Counted from the first letter of the stretch, positions 46,614 through 58,432 are shown. The stretch: 64,000 bases of DNA from Alphaproteobacteria bacterium (GCA_963923945.1 OZ000551.1:1890605-1954604), one strand, 5' to 3'. Translations and numbers: made by a program. The notes: a model not told the origin generated them from the letters alone.

Positions 46614-47375
46614 TTACCGGCCTGTTACGCCGATTGCCTGTTCCAAATCCTGGATCAAAACATGTACTGCGGCGGTGCATTGTTCTAAGCGGTCCTTATG
46701 GTGACTCCGCAAGACGATGCTGACCCCAAAGCGACGGCGTCGAAAATAGGGGTAGCTGCCGATATCAATATCTGGATGGTCTTTTTGCAGTGTCCGCAAT
46801 CCGTCGGCAAGGTCGCCTTCGGCCAGAAAAGTACTCACGGTTTGTGATAGAATGGGAGGGCCGCTGGTCAAATGCGGCAATAAGCCATCCAGCATGGCTT
46901 GCATGATGCGGGGAACGCCAGCCAGCACATAGATATTCTCAATCTGAAAACCCGGTGATCGGCTGACCGGATTGTCAATCAGTTTGGCTCCGACTGGCAT
47001 ATCGGCCATGGAGAGACGGGCCTCATTGAGGGCATCCTTGCCATAATGATCCTGCAGACGGGCCACTGCCTCTGGATGGCGTTGGATGTCAAGGTCGAAT
47101 GCTTTGGCGACCGCTTGGGCGGTGATATCATCATGGGTGGGGCCGATACCGCCGGTGGTAAAAACATAGCTGATCCCCACGCGCAGCCGGTTGATCTCTT
47201 GAGCGATAATGTCGATATCATCACTCAGAATCACGGCCCTCGAAAGCCGGATCCCTTGCTTGGTGAGGGACTGGGCAATATAAGCGAGATTGGCATCCTG
47301 GGTGCGACCGGAAAGAATTTCGTTGCCGATGACGATTACCGCAGCCGTTGGTATGTGTTCTGTGTTGCTAACCAT
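46614..47375 (-). CDS. CinA-like/molybdopterin-binding (competence/damage-inducible A) protein
   Basis: IGNEILSGRTQDAN, TTGGIGPTHDDIT, AGVPRIM and IGSYP motifs. Confidence 0.9.
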   Translation of the reverse strand: MVSNTEHIPTAAVIVIGNEILSGRTQDANLAYIAQSLTKQGIRLSRAVILSDDIDIIAQEINRLRVGISYVFTTGGIGPTHDDITAQAVAKAFDLDIQRHPEAVARLQDHYGKDALNEARLSMADMPVGAKLIDNPVSRSPGFQIENIYVLAGVPRIMQAMLDGLLPHLTSGPPILSQTVSTFLAEGDLADGLRTLQKDHPDIDIGSYPYFRRRRFGVSIVLRSHHKDRLEQCTAAVHVLIQDLEQAIGVTGR

Positions 47376-47535
47376 AAGCGCAGTTTAAACATCAACCAAT
47401 CAAAAACCTAGGGATATCCACATGCATATGAGAATATGGGAAAGCATAAAACTGAGTCATCAGATGACCATACAGAGAAGGGTATCAATAGGATCAATAT
47501 CAGGATGAATATCGAAGAGGAATCACGGAAACGGA

Positions 47536-48264
47536 ATGCTGGTGATGCGTTTTGAGCCTCAATTAAAACATGGTGTTTTACTGCGTCGTTATAAACGATT
47601 TCTGGCTGATATTCGGTTGATGGACGGGTCTCAAATAACCGCCCATTGTCCCAACCCGGGTTCGATGATGGGTTTGGCTGAACCGGGATACGGGGTCTGG
47701 GTATCTTACTCGAATAATCCCAAGCGTAAGCTGGCTTACAGTTTGGAATTGATTGAGGATCACAATGGCTCTTTGGTCGGTGTTCACACTGGGCGGGCTA
47801 ATGCTCTGGTTAAAGAGGCATTGGGGCGGGGCCGGATCGCTGAATTGGCCGCTTATGACGATATCCGTTCCGAGGTGGCGGTTGATGGTCAGGCGCGTCT
47901 TGATTTCCGGTTGCGCGATGCGGTAGGGCGCTGTTGTTTTCTGGAGGTCAAGAGTGTTACTTTGCGCCGCAATGGTGGGTCTTCTGCGCATGGCTTGGCA
48001 GAATTTCCCGATGCAGTGACCAAACGTGGGGCCAAACATTTGGCTGTATTGGCGGATCGGGTCCAAAAGGGGCATCAAGCGGTGCTCCTTTATCTGGTTC
48101 AGCGTGCTGATTGTGACCGTTTTGCGGTTGCTTCTGACATTGATCCAGACTATGCCGATGCCGCCATGCAAGCGCGTGGACAGGGGGTGCAAATCCTGTG
48201 CTATGCTTGCGCGGTAACCACAGCTGAGGTGGTTGTGGATCGGCCCTTGCTGGTGGAAAAGTGA
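47536..48264 (+). CDS. sfsA: DNA/RNA nuclease SfsA
   Basis: RYKRFLAD, AHCPNPGSM, EVKSVTL and FPDAVTKRGAKHL motifs. Confidence 0.96.
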   Translation: MLVMRFEPQLKHGVLLRRYKRFLADIRLMDGSQITAHCPNPGSMMGLAEPGYGVWVSYSNNPKRKLAYSLELIEDHNGSLVGVHTGRANALVKEALGRGRIAELAAYDDIRSEVAVDGQARLDFRLRDAVGRCCFLEVKSVTLRRNGGSSAHGLAEFPDAVTKRGAKHLAVLADRVQKGHQAVLLYLVQRADCDRFAVASDIDPDYADAAMQARGQGVQILCYACAVTTAEVVVDRPLLVEK

Positions 48265-48400
48265 CCATTGATACCGGTGGTAACGTTGACACCAATAGTC
48301 GTGTCTGCACAGGATACGATACAGTGTTGAGCTGTCAATCTTAAGAGTCGAACCGGACAGACTCAATGAACCAAAAGATATATATATCAAAGGAGGTTAT

Positions 48401-49207
48401 GTGCTCTCAGAATCCGTCCATCGCGATGTTTTTTCTGCTGTTCCTATTCACGGCCCGGAAGATTTTTCGGCTATGCGGGCGGCCGGTCGGTTGGCCGCTT
48501 CATGTCTAGATTTTATCACATCCCATGTGCGTCCGGGGGTGACCACCGGCATGTTGGACCGCCTCTGTGCTGAATTTCAGCGTGATCACGGGGCAACACC
48601 GGCCCCCCTCAATTATCGTGGTTTTCCTAAATCCATTTGTACCTCGGTCAATCATGTGGTGTGCCATGGTATTCCCGGTGATAAGATTTTAGCCCAAGGC
48701 GATATCATCAATATTGATGTCACGGTTATTCTTAATGGATGGCATGGCGATTCCAGCCGCATGTACGCGGTTGGTCAAATTGGCCGCAAAGCGCAAAAAC
48801 TGATTGATACCACCCATGAGGCTTTGATGCGCGGTATCGCGGCTGTCAAGCCCAACGCGACCTTGGGTGATGTTGGGTATGCTATTCAGAGCCATGTCGA
48901 AGCACAAGGCTATTCAGTGGTTGAGGATTTTTGCGGTCATGGCCTGGGCCGCTTGTTCCATGATCAGCCCAGCGTCTTGCATTATGGGCGGCCCGGTCAG
49001 GGACTGAAATTGGCTGCCGGGATGTTTTTCACCATTGAACCGATGGTTAATGCTGGACGCAAAGAGGTCAAAATTCTCGAAGATGGATGGACGGCGGTGA
49101 CTCGTGACCGCTCTCTTTCTGCCCAGTTTGAGCATTCTATTGGCGTCACTGAAGACGGGTGCGATATTTTTACTTTATCACCCAACGGTGATCCATCCAG
49201 CGTATAA
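48401..49207 (+). CDS. map: type I methionine aminopeptidase
   Basis: SVNHVVCHGIP, DVTV..GWHGDSSR, GHGLG, FTIEPM and SAQFEH motifs. Confidence 0.97.
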   Translation: MLSESVHRDVFSAVPIHGPEDFSAMRAAGRLAASCLDFITSHVRPGVTTGMLDRLCAEFQRDHGATPAPLNYRGFPKSICTSVNHVVCHGIPGDKILAQGDIINIDVTVILNGWHGDSSRMYAVGQIGRKAQKLIDTTHEALMRGIAAVKPNATLGDVGYAIQSHVEAQGYSVVEDFCGHGLGRLFHDQPSVLHYGRPGQGLKLAAGMFFTIEPMVNAGRKEVKILEDGWTAVTRDRSLSAQFEHSIGVTEDGCDIFTLSPNGDPSSV

Positions 49208-49381
49208 TGTGTCGGTCAGAATGGGCATTGGTCAAATCCATCCTGGGCATGATATTCTGCAGTAAGGTTCTGGAATTCTCATGATTGGTACTGTGTTGCC
49301 GACCTTCCTGGCCAAGACCTCTGTAGAGAATATGCGTGTAAATCCATTTCCAAGAGTCGGTTGAAGGAAACGACCAAGGCC

Positions 49382-50062
49382 ATGCCGCATAAACCCCATT
49401 ATCACGGCCACCGCCAACGGTTGCGGGAACGCTTTTTTTCTGGGGATGGCGGCGGGCTGCCCGATTATGAATTATTGGAACTGATTTTATTTTACGCCAT
49501 TGCCCGCATTGATGTGAAACCTCTGGCCAAAGACTTGATCAAGCGTTTTGGTTCGTTGGCGGCGGTGTTGGCGGCTTCGCCTGAGCAGTTGGCTGATTTT
49601 AAGCATGTCAACCGGCAGACTCTGGTCCTGTTTCGGGTTTTACGCGATACGGCGGCCCGCTTGGCCAAAGAGCGGTTGCTGGATAAACCGCTTATTGATT
49701 CTCAAGATGCCTTGATCACCTATTGTCACACCACCATGGCTGATGCGGCGGTGGAGCAATTCCGCCTGCTTTTTCTTGATCGCAAGAATCACCTGATTGC
49801 TGACGAAATACAGCAACAAGGGACGGTTGATCATACTCCGGTTTATGTACGTGAAGTTGTCAAGCGGGCCTTAGATCTGGGGGCGTGCGGCATCATCTTG
49901 GTGCATAATCATCCAAGCGGTGACCCCAACCCATCGGATGGCGATATCGCCATGACTCGTCACATTGCGGATGCGGCTGAGCGTTTGGGTATCAGGGTTG
50001 AGGATCATATCATCATTGCCTGTAGCGGCCATATCAGCTTACGCAGCGAAGGTCTATTTTGA
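49382..50062 (+). CDS. radC: RadC (JAB/MPN) family protein
   Basis: GHRQRLRERF, DYELLE, HNHPSGDP.PS..D and DHII motifs. Confidence 0.95.
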   Translation: MPHKPHYHGHRQRLRERFFSGDGGGLPDYELLELILFYAIARIDVKPLAKDLIKRFGSLAAVLAASPEQLADFKHVNRQTLVLFRVLRDTAARLAKERLLDKPLIDSQDALITYCHTTMADAAVEQFRLLFLDRKNHLIADEIQQQGTVDHTPVYVREVVKRALDLGACGIILVHNHPSGDPNPSDGDIAMTRHIADAAERLGIRVEDHIIIACSGHISLRSEGLF

Positions 50063-50155
50063 AAAAATATCTCATAATCACCGCATTGGCGCCATCATTG
50101 GTATTGGTGCAGCCCTTGTTTTCTTCCGGTTCTTTTTAAGCAAAAAGGTATTTTG

Positions 50156-51463
50156 ATGATCCCACGTTATTCCCGTCCCGAAATGGTCGCACTCTGGACT
50201 GAGGAGGCCAAATTAACCATCTGGCTGGAGATTGAGACCCATGCTTGTGATGCCCAAGCCAATTGCGGGGTTATTCCGCAATCGGCGGCCCAGGAAATAC
50301 GGGAAAAAGGTCATTTTGAGATTGATCGTATTCATGCTCTGGAGCAAGAAACCAAGCATGATGTGATCGCTTTTTTGACCAACGTGGCCGAACATGTTGG
50401 TCCACAAGCGCGTTTTTTGCACCAAGGCATGACGTCATCGGATGTGCTTGATACCTGTCTGGCGGTTCAGTTGAGCCGGGCGGCTGATCTTTTGCGGGCC
50501 GATATTGATCTGCTGCTGGCGCAGATTAAGACCCAGGCTTTGGCCCATAAAGACACGGTCTGTATTGGCCGTAGCCACGGTATTCACGCCGAACCAACCA
50601 CGTTCGGCCTTAAAATGGCCCAAGCTTATGCTGAATTCCAACGGGCCCAAGAGCGTTTACACGCAGCGCGAACAGAAATTGCCACCTGTGCCATTTCAGG
50701 AGCAGTCGGTACATTTGCCAATATTGACCCCGCCGTTGAAGCGCATGTTGCAGCCCGGCTTGGCCTAGACGTTGAACCCATTTCAACCCAGGTGATTCCC
50801 CGGGATCGTCATGCGGCTTTTTTCGCAACCTTAGCGGTTATTGCCAGTTCGGTCGAGCGTTTGGCCACTGAAATTCGTCACTTACAGCGCAGCGAAGTCG
50901 GTGAGGTGGAGGAGTTTTTTTCTCCCAAACAAAAAGGATCTTCCGCCATGCCCCATAAGCGCAACCCGGTTTTAAGTGAAAATGTGACCGGCTTAGCGCG
51001 GTTGGTTCGCTCCGCCTTGCTGCCCGCTTTGGAGAATGTCGCTCTATGGCATGAGCGCGATATTTCTCATTCTTCAGTCGAGCGGGTATGCGCCCCCGAT
51101 GCCACCATCACCCTTGATTTTGCCCTCATACGTTTGGCCGATATGATCAAGAATCTGGTGGTTTATCCCGATAAGATGAAAGCCAATATGGAGCGGGGCG
51201 GTGGGCTGTATAATTCGCAACGTGTTTTGCTGGCCTTGACTCAGAAAGGGGTGAGTCGTGAGGAAGCCTATCGCCTGGTCCAGGCTCACGCGATGCGTGC
51301 CTGGCGTGGTGAGGGTGATTTTAAGGCCCTCCTCAAAGCCGACCCCGATGTGACGGCCCATCTCTCCCCGGATGCGGTTGATGGTCTGTTTGATCTGGCC
51401 TATCACACCAAACATGTGGATACCCTGTTTGAGCGGGTGTTTGGCCCGGCACCTCCGGTTTAG
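50156..51463 (+). CDS. purB: adenylosuccinate lyase
   Basis: MIPRYSRPEM, GRSHGIHAEPT and GSSAMPHKRNP motifs. Confidence 0.98.
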   Translation: MIPRYSRPEMVALWTEEAKLTIWLEIETHACDAQANCGVIPQSAAQEIREKGHFEIDRIHALEQETKHDVIAFLTNVAEHVGPQARFLHQGMTSSDVLDTCLAVQLSRAADLLRADIDLLLAQIKTQALAHKDTVCIGRSHGIHAEPTTFGLKMAQAYAEFQRAQERLHAARTEIATCAISGAVGTFANIDPAVEAHVAARLGLDVEPISTQVIPRDRHAAFFATLAVIASSVERLATEIRHLQRSEVGEVEEFFSPKQKGSSAMPHKRNPVLSENVTGLARLVRSALLPALENVALWHERDISHSSVERVCAPDATITLDFALIRLADMIKNLVVYPDKMKANMERGGGLYNSQRVLLALTQKGVSREEAYRLVQAHAMRAWRGEGDFKALLKADPDVTAHLSPDAVDGLFDLAYHTKHVDTLFERVFGPAPPV

Positions 51464-51577
51464 GGGGATCGCATTTTTGTTGCCCAAAGCTCAGCCCGGG
51501 GCTTTTATGTTCCGGATCAATGTTTCGCTGGTGATATAGGAACAAGATATGGTTTTTCTCGTTGGTTCCATCAATGG

Positions 51578-51787
51578 GTGGGTGCTTTGATGAGTGGGAA
51601 GCGCCTCATCTTTCTTCTCGCCATAATCCCGACTGGCTTTTCGTTATGGTTGGCTGCTCCCATCCCGTTCACATGGTTGGGAATTTTGGTGGTTGGGGTC
51701 TTTTATGTACTCAATATCTTTATCACTGCAATGGTGGTATGGTTTGTTTTGATGTTCTGGGAGTTTTTTAGCTTCAATGATGATTAA
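51578..51787 (+). CDS. hypothetical small membrane protein
   Basis: Strongly hydrophobic 69-aa ORF; no family recognised. Confidence 0.35.
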   Translation: MGALMSGKRLIFLLAIIPTGFSLWLAAPIPFTWLGILVVGVFYVLNIFITAMVVWFVLMFWEFFSFNDD

Positions 51788-51922
51788 ATGGGATGGGTTC
51801 CTTTTGATGCTGGGTCGCCGGTGCGGTCTGGTTGACCGCACCAGACAAGGTGACAGGATTTTTTGACCGGGTGTTCGGCCCGGTAGACAAAATTTAGGCG
51901 ATAGGGACCCTATTTTCACCGG

Positions 51923-52834
51923 TTACCAAACCAGATGCGGCAACGCATAATCGGGGATCTGGCCGCGCTCTTGGCAGAGCCGCTGCAAGGCTTGTTGATT
52001 GAGGGGGATGTTTTTGTCCAACCCCAGGGCTTGGCCATGCAGACCTCCAGCGATCAACAGGCAGTCCAATCCAGCAGCCCGCGCCCCGGCGATATCGGTA
52101 GCCAGTGAGTCACCGATAACCAGGACATTTTGCGGTGTTTTCAGGGCCAGCTTGTCAAGACAAGCGGCATAAATTTCTGGATCCGGTTTGCCGTGGTAGC
52201 GGACAAAACCGCCCAAATTCTCATATTCATCGGCCAGTGCTCCGGCACAAATCATCCGTTTTCCACCCCGGATCACTTCCCGATCTGGATTGCAGCAGAT
52301 CATCGGGATACCCGCCTTGGCCGCGGCTTGCAAAATGTCCTGATAGGCCGATACAGTGTCGCCGTCTCCCCATGGCCCGGTATTGAGAATGAAATCAGCC
52401 TGAGCCGGGTCTTCGACTCGCTGCAGATCAAGAGTGTCAAAGATGCTCACATCACGTGGTGGCCCGATATGGTAGCAACCACGCCCCAAACCGGCATACC
52501 AGGGGTCACGGCGGTGAGAAAGATGATTATGAGCATCTTGCCCGGACGAAAAGACATCCGCATACAGATCACGCGGGACCCCCAGTGCTGTCAACTGCCC
52601 AACAATGATCGCCGCCGGGCGCGGCGCATTGGAGAGAAAAAGAACCCCTTTATCGGCTTTTTTAAGGGCCAGGAGGCAGTCAATCACCCCATCAAAAACC
52701 CTCACCCCATCATGAATGACACCCCATAAATCAACGATGAAAGCCTGGTAAGAAGGGGCCAAGGCGGCCAGCCCGGGGCAAATTTGGATGGATGGATCGC
52801 GATGCTGGCTCTGTGTGCTGTAATCCTTAATCAT
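51923..52834 (-). CDS. HAD-superfamily class IIA hydrolase (TIGR01459-like)
   Basis: DLWGVIHDG, SNAPR, NPD, GKP and IGDSLATDIAGA motifs. ATG 52834 chosen because the longer ORF overlaps the EAL gene. Confidence 0.9.
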   Translation of the reverse strand: MIKDYSTQSQHRDPSIQICPGLAALAPSYQAFIVDLWGVIHDGVRVFDGVIDCLLALKKADKGVLFLSNAPRPAAIIVGQLTALGVPRDLYADVFSSGQDAHNHLSHRRDPWYAGLGRGCYHIGPPRDVSIFDTLDLQRVEDPAQADFILNTGPWGDGDTVSAYQDILQAAAKAGIPMICCNPDREVIRGGKRMICAGALADEYENLGGFVRYHGKPDPEIYAACLDKLALKTPQNVLVIGDSLATDIAGARAAGLDCLLIAGGLHGQALGLDKNIPLNQQALQRLCQERGQIPDYALPHLVW

Positions 52835-52880
52835 TGGTAGGGGAGACCCGGATAAGGATGATTGATAGAGCGTGGCATCA

Positions 52881-54008
52881 TCACGATGATGATGCGTCTG
52901 TAAGAGGCACATTTTCGCGGGCGGGGCGCGGGGAGCCGAAGAGAAAACCTTGCCCGTAATCAATGCTTTGATCAAGCAGCTGAATGAGATCTTCCTCCTT
53001 TTCAATCCGATCCGCGATGAGATCAATGCCGCGCCGATTGAGTTCAGTCTTGAATTTTTTGGTTTCTTCCGGGTCTTTGAGCAGTCGGCCAATCGGTGCT
53101 TTGAGGAATTTGACATGGTAACGATGCAGCAGGGCCGGATTGATATCCAACCGCGAAATATGATCAATCGAATAACGAAACCCCAAGGATGCCAGCTTGT
53201 TCAGGCGGTCGCTATCATTTTGATTGAGTTGGGCAAAGTCATCCTGTTTGAATTCCAGAAACAAAAATTTTGATAATTGTTTATTGTCCAAAAGAAAGGG
53301 AAAAAATTCAGATAAGAATCGCTGATTTCGCAAAGAAGCAACCGATAAATTACAGAAAAATCCAATACCGCGATTGCGGCGATAATTCTGGCGGGCCAAC
53401 CGCACGCAACGAAACAACAACGTATCATCAATTTCCGGAATCAAACCGGTTTGGGTCACAAGCGGAATATAGTCAGAGGGTTCCAAAATGGTTCCATCTT
53501 TCATTCGTATGCGGGAAAAGCACTCAAAAAACAAAGTTTTACGCTGGGGCAGACTGACAATGGGTTGCATCACCACATCCAAACGTCCGTCACTGATTGC
53601 GGCTTTGATATGGTCGATCAATGGGTCATCAAATGCGGTCGGTGGTTCTGGCGATGGTTTTGCTCTCAGAGGTTCCAATCGCGGCATGTGATGTTCAGCC
53701 ACGGTGGCAACCGGCGTTATGGGTGCTGGCCTGTCATGGTCTTTTCCCGGTAGCGGCACTGTGATGAGGGGGAGTCCTTGATCACGCTCAATTTTTGGTG
53801 GTGGTGGCTTATTGTTGCCTGCACGGGCTTTTAGATACAGCACCGTCACATGGCCGGATAAACCACTGAAAAAAACCAAACCAGCCAGAGCCATTGGGTA
53901 AGAAAGAATGCTTTGTATGTCGATAATATCGGTAGAGATATCATAGGTTGCCAGAGCAAGAACACCATAAGACACCAGGCCTAAGACTAAATTGAGTAAA
54001 AATCCCAT
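52881..54008 (-). CDS. membrane-anchored EAL-domain protein (TipF-like, degenerate motif)
   Basis: Two N-terminal TM segments; QPIVSLPQRK..FECFSR, FCNLS, FRYSID and QGFLFGSPR motifs. Confidence 0.85.
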   Translation of the reverse strand: MGFLLNLVLGLVSYGVLALATYDISTDIIDIQSILSYPMALAGLVFFSGLSGHVTVLYLKARAGNNKPPPPKIERDQGLPLITVPLPGKDHDRPAPITPVATVAEHHMPRLEPLRAKPSPEPPTAFDDPLIDHIKAAISDGRLDVVMQPIVSLPQRKTLFFECFSRIRMKDGTILEPSDYIPLVTQTGLIPEIDDTLLFRCVRLARQNYRRNRGIGFFCNLSVASLRNQRFLSEFFPFLLDNKQLSKFLFLEFKQDDFAQLNQNDSDRLNKLASLGFRYSIDHISRLDINPALLHRYHVKFLKAPIGRLLKDPEETKKFKTELNRRGIDLIADRIEKEEDLIQLLDQSIDYGQGFLFGSPRPARENVPLTDASSS

Positions 54009-54077
54009 AGCAGCGTTGTTTCCAGCATCTATTCTTTCAATGATATGCTTGTATCATTATTTGGGCCTTATGTGTCA

Positions 54078-55181
54078 TCAACCAGAGGTCCGGTCTGAGG
54101 GGATATGTTCAGTCCTTGATATCGACTGAGATCCAACCGCTTCATCAAGGGATTGATAGCCATCTTTTTTGAGGTAAGTGGCCAAATCTGAGAGAATATT
54201 TTTGATCAGTGATGGGCCATGATAAATCAAGCCGGTATAGAGTTGAATTAAGGAAGCCCCGGCCCGAATTTTTGCATATGCTGTGGCCCCATTCTGTACG
54301 CCACCAACCCCAATCAGTGGGATTTTCCCCCTGGTCAAGCGATAGAAATCGGCCAGGGCTTGGGTTGATAACGCAAACAAAGGCGGCCCGGAAAGCCCAC
54401 CGGTTTCCTGCGTCCATCGGCTGCGTAAGCCCGGCGGGCGAGCCAGGGTGGTGTTGCTGATGATCAGGCCGTCGATCTTTTCGGCAAGGACTGTGGCGGC
54501 AAGCATTTGGCGTTCTGCAGCCGATAAATCAGGGGAAATTTTAAGAAAGAGCGGCGGTAACCTGGGTTGGTTTTGACAAGCGGTCGCCCGGGCGTCTAAA
54601 ACGGCTCTGAGCAACGGAGCCAGATGTATCGATGATTGTAGATCACGCAACCCGGGGGTGTTTGGTGAGGAGATATTCATGGTCAGATAATCGGCCAGCG
54701 GGGCCGCCAAGCGCGTGGCTTGGACATAATCGGCGATGGCATCTTGGCTATCGGCATTCTTGCCAATATTGATCCCAATCAGACCACGACCGGGCAAGGC
54801 AGCAATCCGATCCAAGGCGGCGGCCAGTCCATGATTATTAAAACCCAAACGATTGATCACCGCTTGGTCTTTGGGCAGACGGAACAGGCGTGGTTTCGGG
54901 TTGCCGGGTTGGGGACGGGGTGTGAGGGTTCCAATCTCAATAAACCCAAACCCCAACCGTGATAAGCTGTTGACCGCTTCGGCGTTTTTATCAAAACCAG
55001 CCGCTAGACCGAGCGGGTTGGGAAAATCAATCCCGGCGACCCGACACGGTAAGGCTGGATTGCTGGTCGGTGGTGGTGCGACCAACCGACTACGCAAGCT
55101 CCATATCGTCAGTTGATGCGCCCATTCCGGCGGCAACCGGCGCAACAAAGGGGCAACCAGGGAGAACAACGCCATCACCAA
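54078..55181 (-). CDS. pyrD: quinone-dependent dihydroorotate dehydrogenase
   Basis: GLAAGFDKN, NRLGFNN, NISSPNTPGLR, KISPD and GGLSG motifs. Confidence 0.97.
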   Translation of the reverse strand: MVMALFSLVAPLLRRLPPEWAHQLTIWSLRSRLVAPPPTSNPALPCRVAGIDFPNPLGLAAGFDKNAEAVNSLSRLGFGFIEIGTLTPRPQPGNPKPRLFRLPKDQAVINRLGFNNHGLAAALDRIAALPGRGLIGINIGKNADSQDAIADYVQATRLAAPLADYLTMNISSPNTPGLRDLQSSIHLAPLLRAVLDARATACQNQPRLPPLFLKISPDLSAAERQMLAATVLAEKIDGLIISNTTLARPPGLRSRWTQETGGLSGPPLFALSTQALADFYRLTRGKIPLIGVGGVQNGATAYAKIRAGASLIQLYTGLIYHGPSLIKNILSDLATYLKKDGYQSLDEAVGSQSISRTEHIPSDRTSG

Positions 55182-55367
55182 ATCAGCCCGTAGATCAGCA
55201 TATCAAAAAGCGCGATATCGGATACCAGAACATGGATGCAATAGGGCATGCGGTTGAAAATTTTCTATCAATACCATTGATCCATAACAAGAGAATGAGC
55301 AAGGAGTCATGCGGCCGTTCCGGTCCATGCCACGGGATGGGTACCCAGACACCAGGCCATTGGTCCC

Positions 55368-58040
55368 TTATCTGATGCCGCCCGCGCTGGCGATACGTCC
55401 GTGACACTGTTTATACTTTTTGCCTGAACCACATGGGCATGGGCTGTTGCGCGGGACTTTGCCCCAGTTGGCCGGATTATCGGGGTCTTTCTCCTGAAGA
55501 GCGGTCCCTGAACGGCTGGGTGCGGCTTCACCATTGGCGGATGGCCGGTCTTGATCCGGTGGCGTGGTACGGATTTCCAGATGGGTGAGAACGCCGGTAA
55601 TCGTCTCGCGCAGCCGGGCCAGCATGTCCTGAAACAGGCCAAAGGCTTCATGTTTATATTCATTCAAGGGGTCGCGCTGGCCGTAAGCGCGTAAACTGAT
55701 GCCTTGCCGCAGATGATCCAGGGAGAGCAGATGATCTTTCCAGGTCTGATCAAAAATTTGTAAAAGCAGGTTTTTTTCAGCCATACGCATCACGTCAACA
55801 CCGTATGTGGCGGCTTTTTCGGCCATTTTGGTATCGCTGGCCTGACGGATTCGCTCTTCCACAATCGTTCGATCAATCCCCTCTTCTTTGGCCCAATCAG
55901 CCACCGGTAGATCCAGATTCAAAATCCGGCGGCACTCCTCAGCCAAGCCCTGGGTATCCCATTGCTCAGGATAGGATTTATCAGGGATGGCCCGTTCGGC
56001 CAGAACCGCAACAACATCATGACGCATGCTTTCAACCATGGATGCAACCTCACGCGCCGACATGATATCCCGGCGCTGCCCGTAGATGAATTTACGTTGA
56101 TCATTCATCACGTTATCGAATTTGAGGAGATTCTTGCGAATCTCAAAATTACGCCCTTCGACTCGTTGTTGGGCTTTTTCTAGCGCTTTATTGATCCAGG
56201 GATGGTAAATCGCTTCGTCTTCTTCGATCCCCAGCTTGGTCAGCATGGCGTCCAATCGTTCAGAGCCGAAAATACGCATCAGATCATCTTCCAAGGAGAG
56301 GAAGAATTTCGATGAACCCGGGTCACCCTGGCGGCCAGAACGACCCCGGAGCTGATTATCAATCCGCCGCGATTCATGGCGTTCGGTGCCGATGACAAAG
56401 AGTCCCCCAGCATCACGGGCAATTTTAGCATGTTTGGCAATATCCGCCTGGATTTTTTCGATGTCTTCCCGGTGCTCTTCTGAATCCGGCTGTGGACCAA
56501 TTTCAGCGGCAATCCGCATATCCACATTGCCGCCGAGCTGGATATCGGTGCCCCGACCAGCCATATTGGTGGCAATGGTCACCGCACCGGGCATGCCGGC
56601 TTGGGCAATGATTTGTGCTTCTTTCTCGTGATAGCGGGCATTGAGGACATTATGGGGAATTTTATTCTTTTTGAGTAATTTTGCCAGATGTTCGGAGCGT
56701 TCAATACTGACCGTTCCAACCAGGACCGGCTGCAAGCGCTGATGACAATCGCTGATCAAGCTGAGGATTGCTTTATCTTTCTCTTTCAGGCTGCGGTATA
56801 TTTCATCATCGGCATCTTGGCGGACACAGGGGAGATGGGTCGGGATTTCAGCAACTTCGAGCTTATAAATATCGGCAAATTCACTCGCTTCGGTCATGGC
56901 GGTCCCGGTCATGCCGGCGATTTTGGGGTAAAGCCGGAAATAATTTTGATAAGTGACCGAAGCCAGGGTCTGATTTTCGACCTGAATGGGCACGTTTTCT
57001 TTGGCTTCCAGGGCTTGATGCAGCCCTTCCGAATAGCGCCGCCCTTCCATCATCCGGCCGGTGAACTCATCGATAATCACCACCTTGCCGTCTTTGACGA
57101 TATAATCCTTATCCCGCTCAAACAACTTATGGGCCCGCAGAGCCTGATTGATATGATGCACCAATGAGACATTTTGCATATCATAGAGGGCTTGGCCCTT
57201 GAGCATATCGGCGGCATTGAGCATCGCTTCGATATGTTCGGCCCCGTCTTCGGTCAGCGCAACTGAGCGGCTTTTTTCTTCTTTCTCGTAGTCTGATGGG
57301 TTTAGCTTGGGGATGAATGGGTCAATAACCCGGTAGAGTTCTGAGGAATCTTCCGATGGCCCAGAAATAATCAATGGTGTGCGGGCTTCATCAATCAGGA
57401 TGCTATCAACCTCATCAACAATGGCATAATTGAACGGGCGTTGAGTCATCTCTTCCATATGAAATTTCATATTATCGCGCAGATAATCAAAGCCAAATTC
57501 ATTATTGGCTCCATATGTAATGTCGCTGGCGTAGGCGGCCCGACGCTCTTGATCACTCATGCCATGGGTGATGCAGCCAACGCTCAGCCCTAAAAAGCGA
57601 TAAATACGTCCCATCCAGGCGGCATCACGCTGGGCCAGATAATCATTGACCGTCACCACATGCACACCTTTGTTGAGCAAAGCGTTAAGATAAACCGGTA
57701 AGGTGGCCACCAAAGTTTTCCCCTCACCAGTTTTCATTTCCGCGATCATGCCCCGATGCAAGATGATGCCACCCAAAAGTTGGACATCATAATGGCGCTG
57801 GCCCAGGGTTCTTTTGGCCGCTTCGCGTACAGTGGCAAAAGCCTCAACCAGCACATCATCAAGGGCTTCACCATTCTCCAGGCGTTGGCGAAGGCTTTGG
57901 GTGCGGTCCCGCAAGGCGGCATCGTCAAGTTTTACAAGTGCATCTTCCAAGCCGTTAATGGATTCGACCTGCGGCTGGAAGCGTTTTAAAAATCGTTGGT
58001 TGGCGCTACCAAAAAATCGTTTTGCAAAGCCGCTAAACAT
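55368..58040 (-). CDS. secA: preprotein translocase ATPase SecA
   Basis: [31 protein letters not shown] and the C-terminal zinc site [13 protein letters not shown]. Confidence 0.99.
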   Translation of the reverse strand: MFSGFAKRFFGSANQRFLKRFQPQVESINGLEDALVKLDDAALRDRTQSLRQRLENGEALDDVLVEAFATVREAAKRTLGQRHYDVQLLGGIILHRGMIAEMKTGEGKTLVATLPVYLNALLNKGVHVVTVNDYLAQRDAAWMGRIYRFLGLSVGCITHGMSDQERRAAYASDITYGANNEFGFDYLRDNMKFHMEEMTQRPFNYAIVDEVDSILIDEARTPLIISGPSEDSSELYRVIDPFIPKLNPSDYEKEEKSRSVALTEDGAEHIEAMLNAADMLKGQALYDMQNVSLVHHINQALRAHKLFERDKDYIVKDGKVVIIDEFTGRMMEGRRYSEGLHQALEAKENVPIQVENQTLASVTYQNYFRLYPKIAGMTGTAMTEASEFADIYKLEVAEIPTHLPCVRQDADDEIYRSLKEKDKAILSLISDCHQRLQPVLVGTVSIERSEHLAKLLKKNKIPHNVLNARYHEKEAQIIAQAGMPGAVTIATNMAGRGTDIQLGGNVDMRIAAEIGPQPDSEEHREDIEKIQADIAKHAKIARDAGGLFVIGTERHESRRIDNQLRGRSGRQGDPGSSKFFLSLEDDLMRIFGSERLDAMLTKLGIEEDEAIYHPWINKALEKAQQRVEGRNFEIRKNLLKFDNVMNDQRKFIYGQRRDIMSAREVASMVESMRHDVVAVLAERAIPDKSYPEQWDTQGLAEECRRILNLDLPVADWAKEEGIDRTIVEERIRQASDTKMAEKAATYGVDVMRMAEKNLLLQIFDQTWKDHLLSLDHLRQGISLRAYGQRDPLNEYKHEAFGLFQDMLARLRETITGVLTHLEIRTTPPDQDRPSANGEAAPSRSGTALQEKDPDNPANWGKVPRNSPCPCGSGKKYKQCHGRIASAGGIR

Positions 58041-58432
58041 TGACTATTCCCTTAAAATTTCAGTCACACATAGGCGTTGATGATTTTTGTGTCAACGGCG
58101 GTTCATTTACCCCAAGGGAGGGGCGCGATCATGATCAATCGGTTTGAAATATTGATATGGATTTGAAACATTGACCTTACATGCTTTTCATCCTTGACGA
58201 TGCCGCTTTCGATTCGTATCGAATGATCTGCTGTGATATGGCTTATTTATTGATCATTGACCTGTATTCAAGGACCTGTATTCAAGAGTCGATGGTCCAT
58301 GGTTCGGAGCACCGATAAACCATGTTTATCGGTTTTGGATGTTGCCCTCTCAAAGAGAAATGATACAGCACCCAAGATTATTCCAGTGATCGTTCCCATC
58401 GCTGATATTTCTCTCATTTTCAACTGATTTTT

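Noticed and set aside
49382-50062. radC as a mobile-element marker
   Set aside because: Full-length form in the usual chromosomal map-radC-purB context.
28677-53167. Long N-terminal extensions in the ORF track (SOUL from 28859, acuI from 37861, HAD from 53167)
   Set aside because: They overlap upstream genes; internal ATGs give family-typical lengths, with ATGA coupling for SOUL and acuI.
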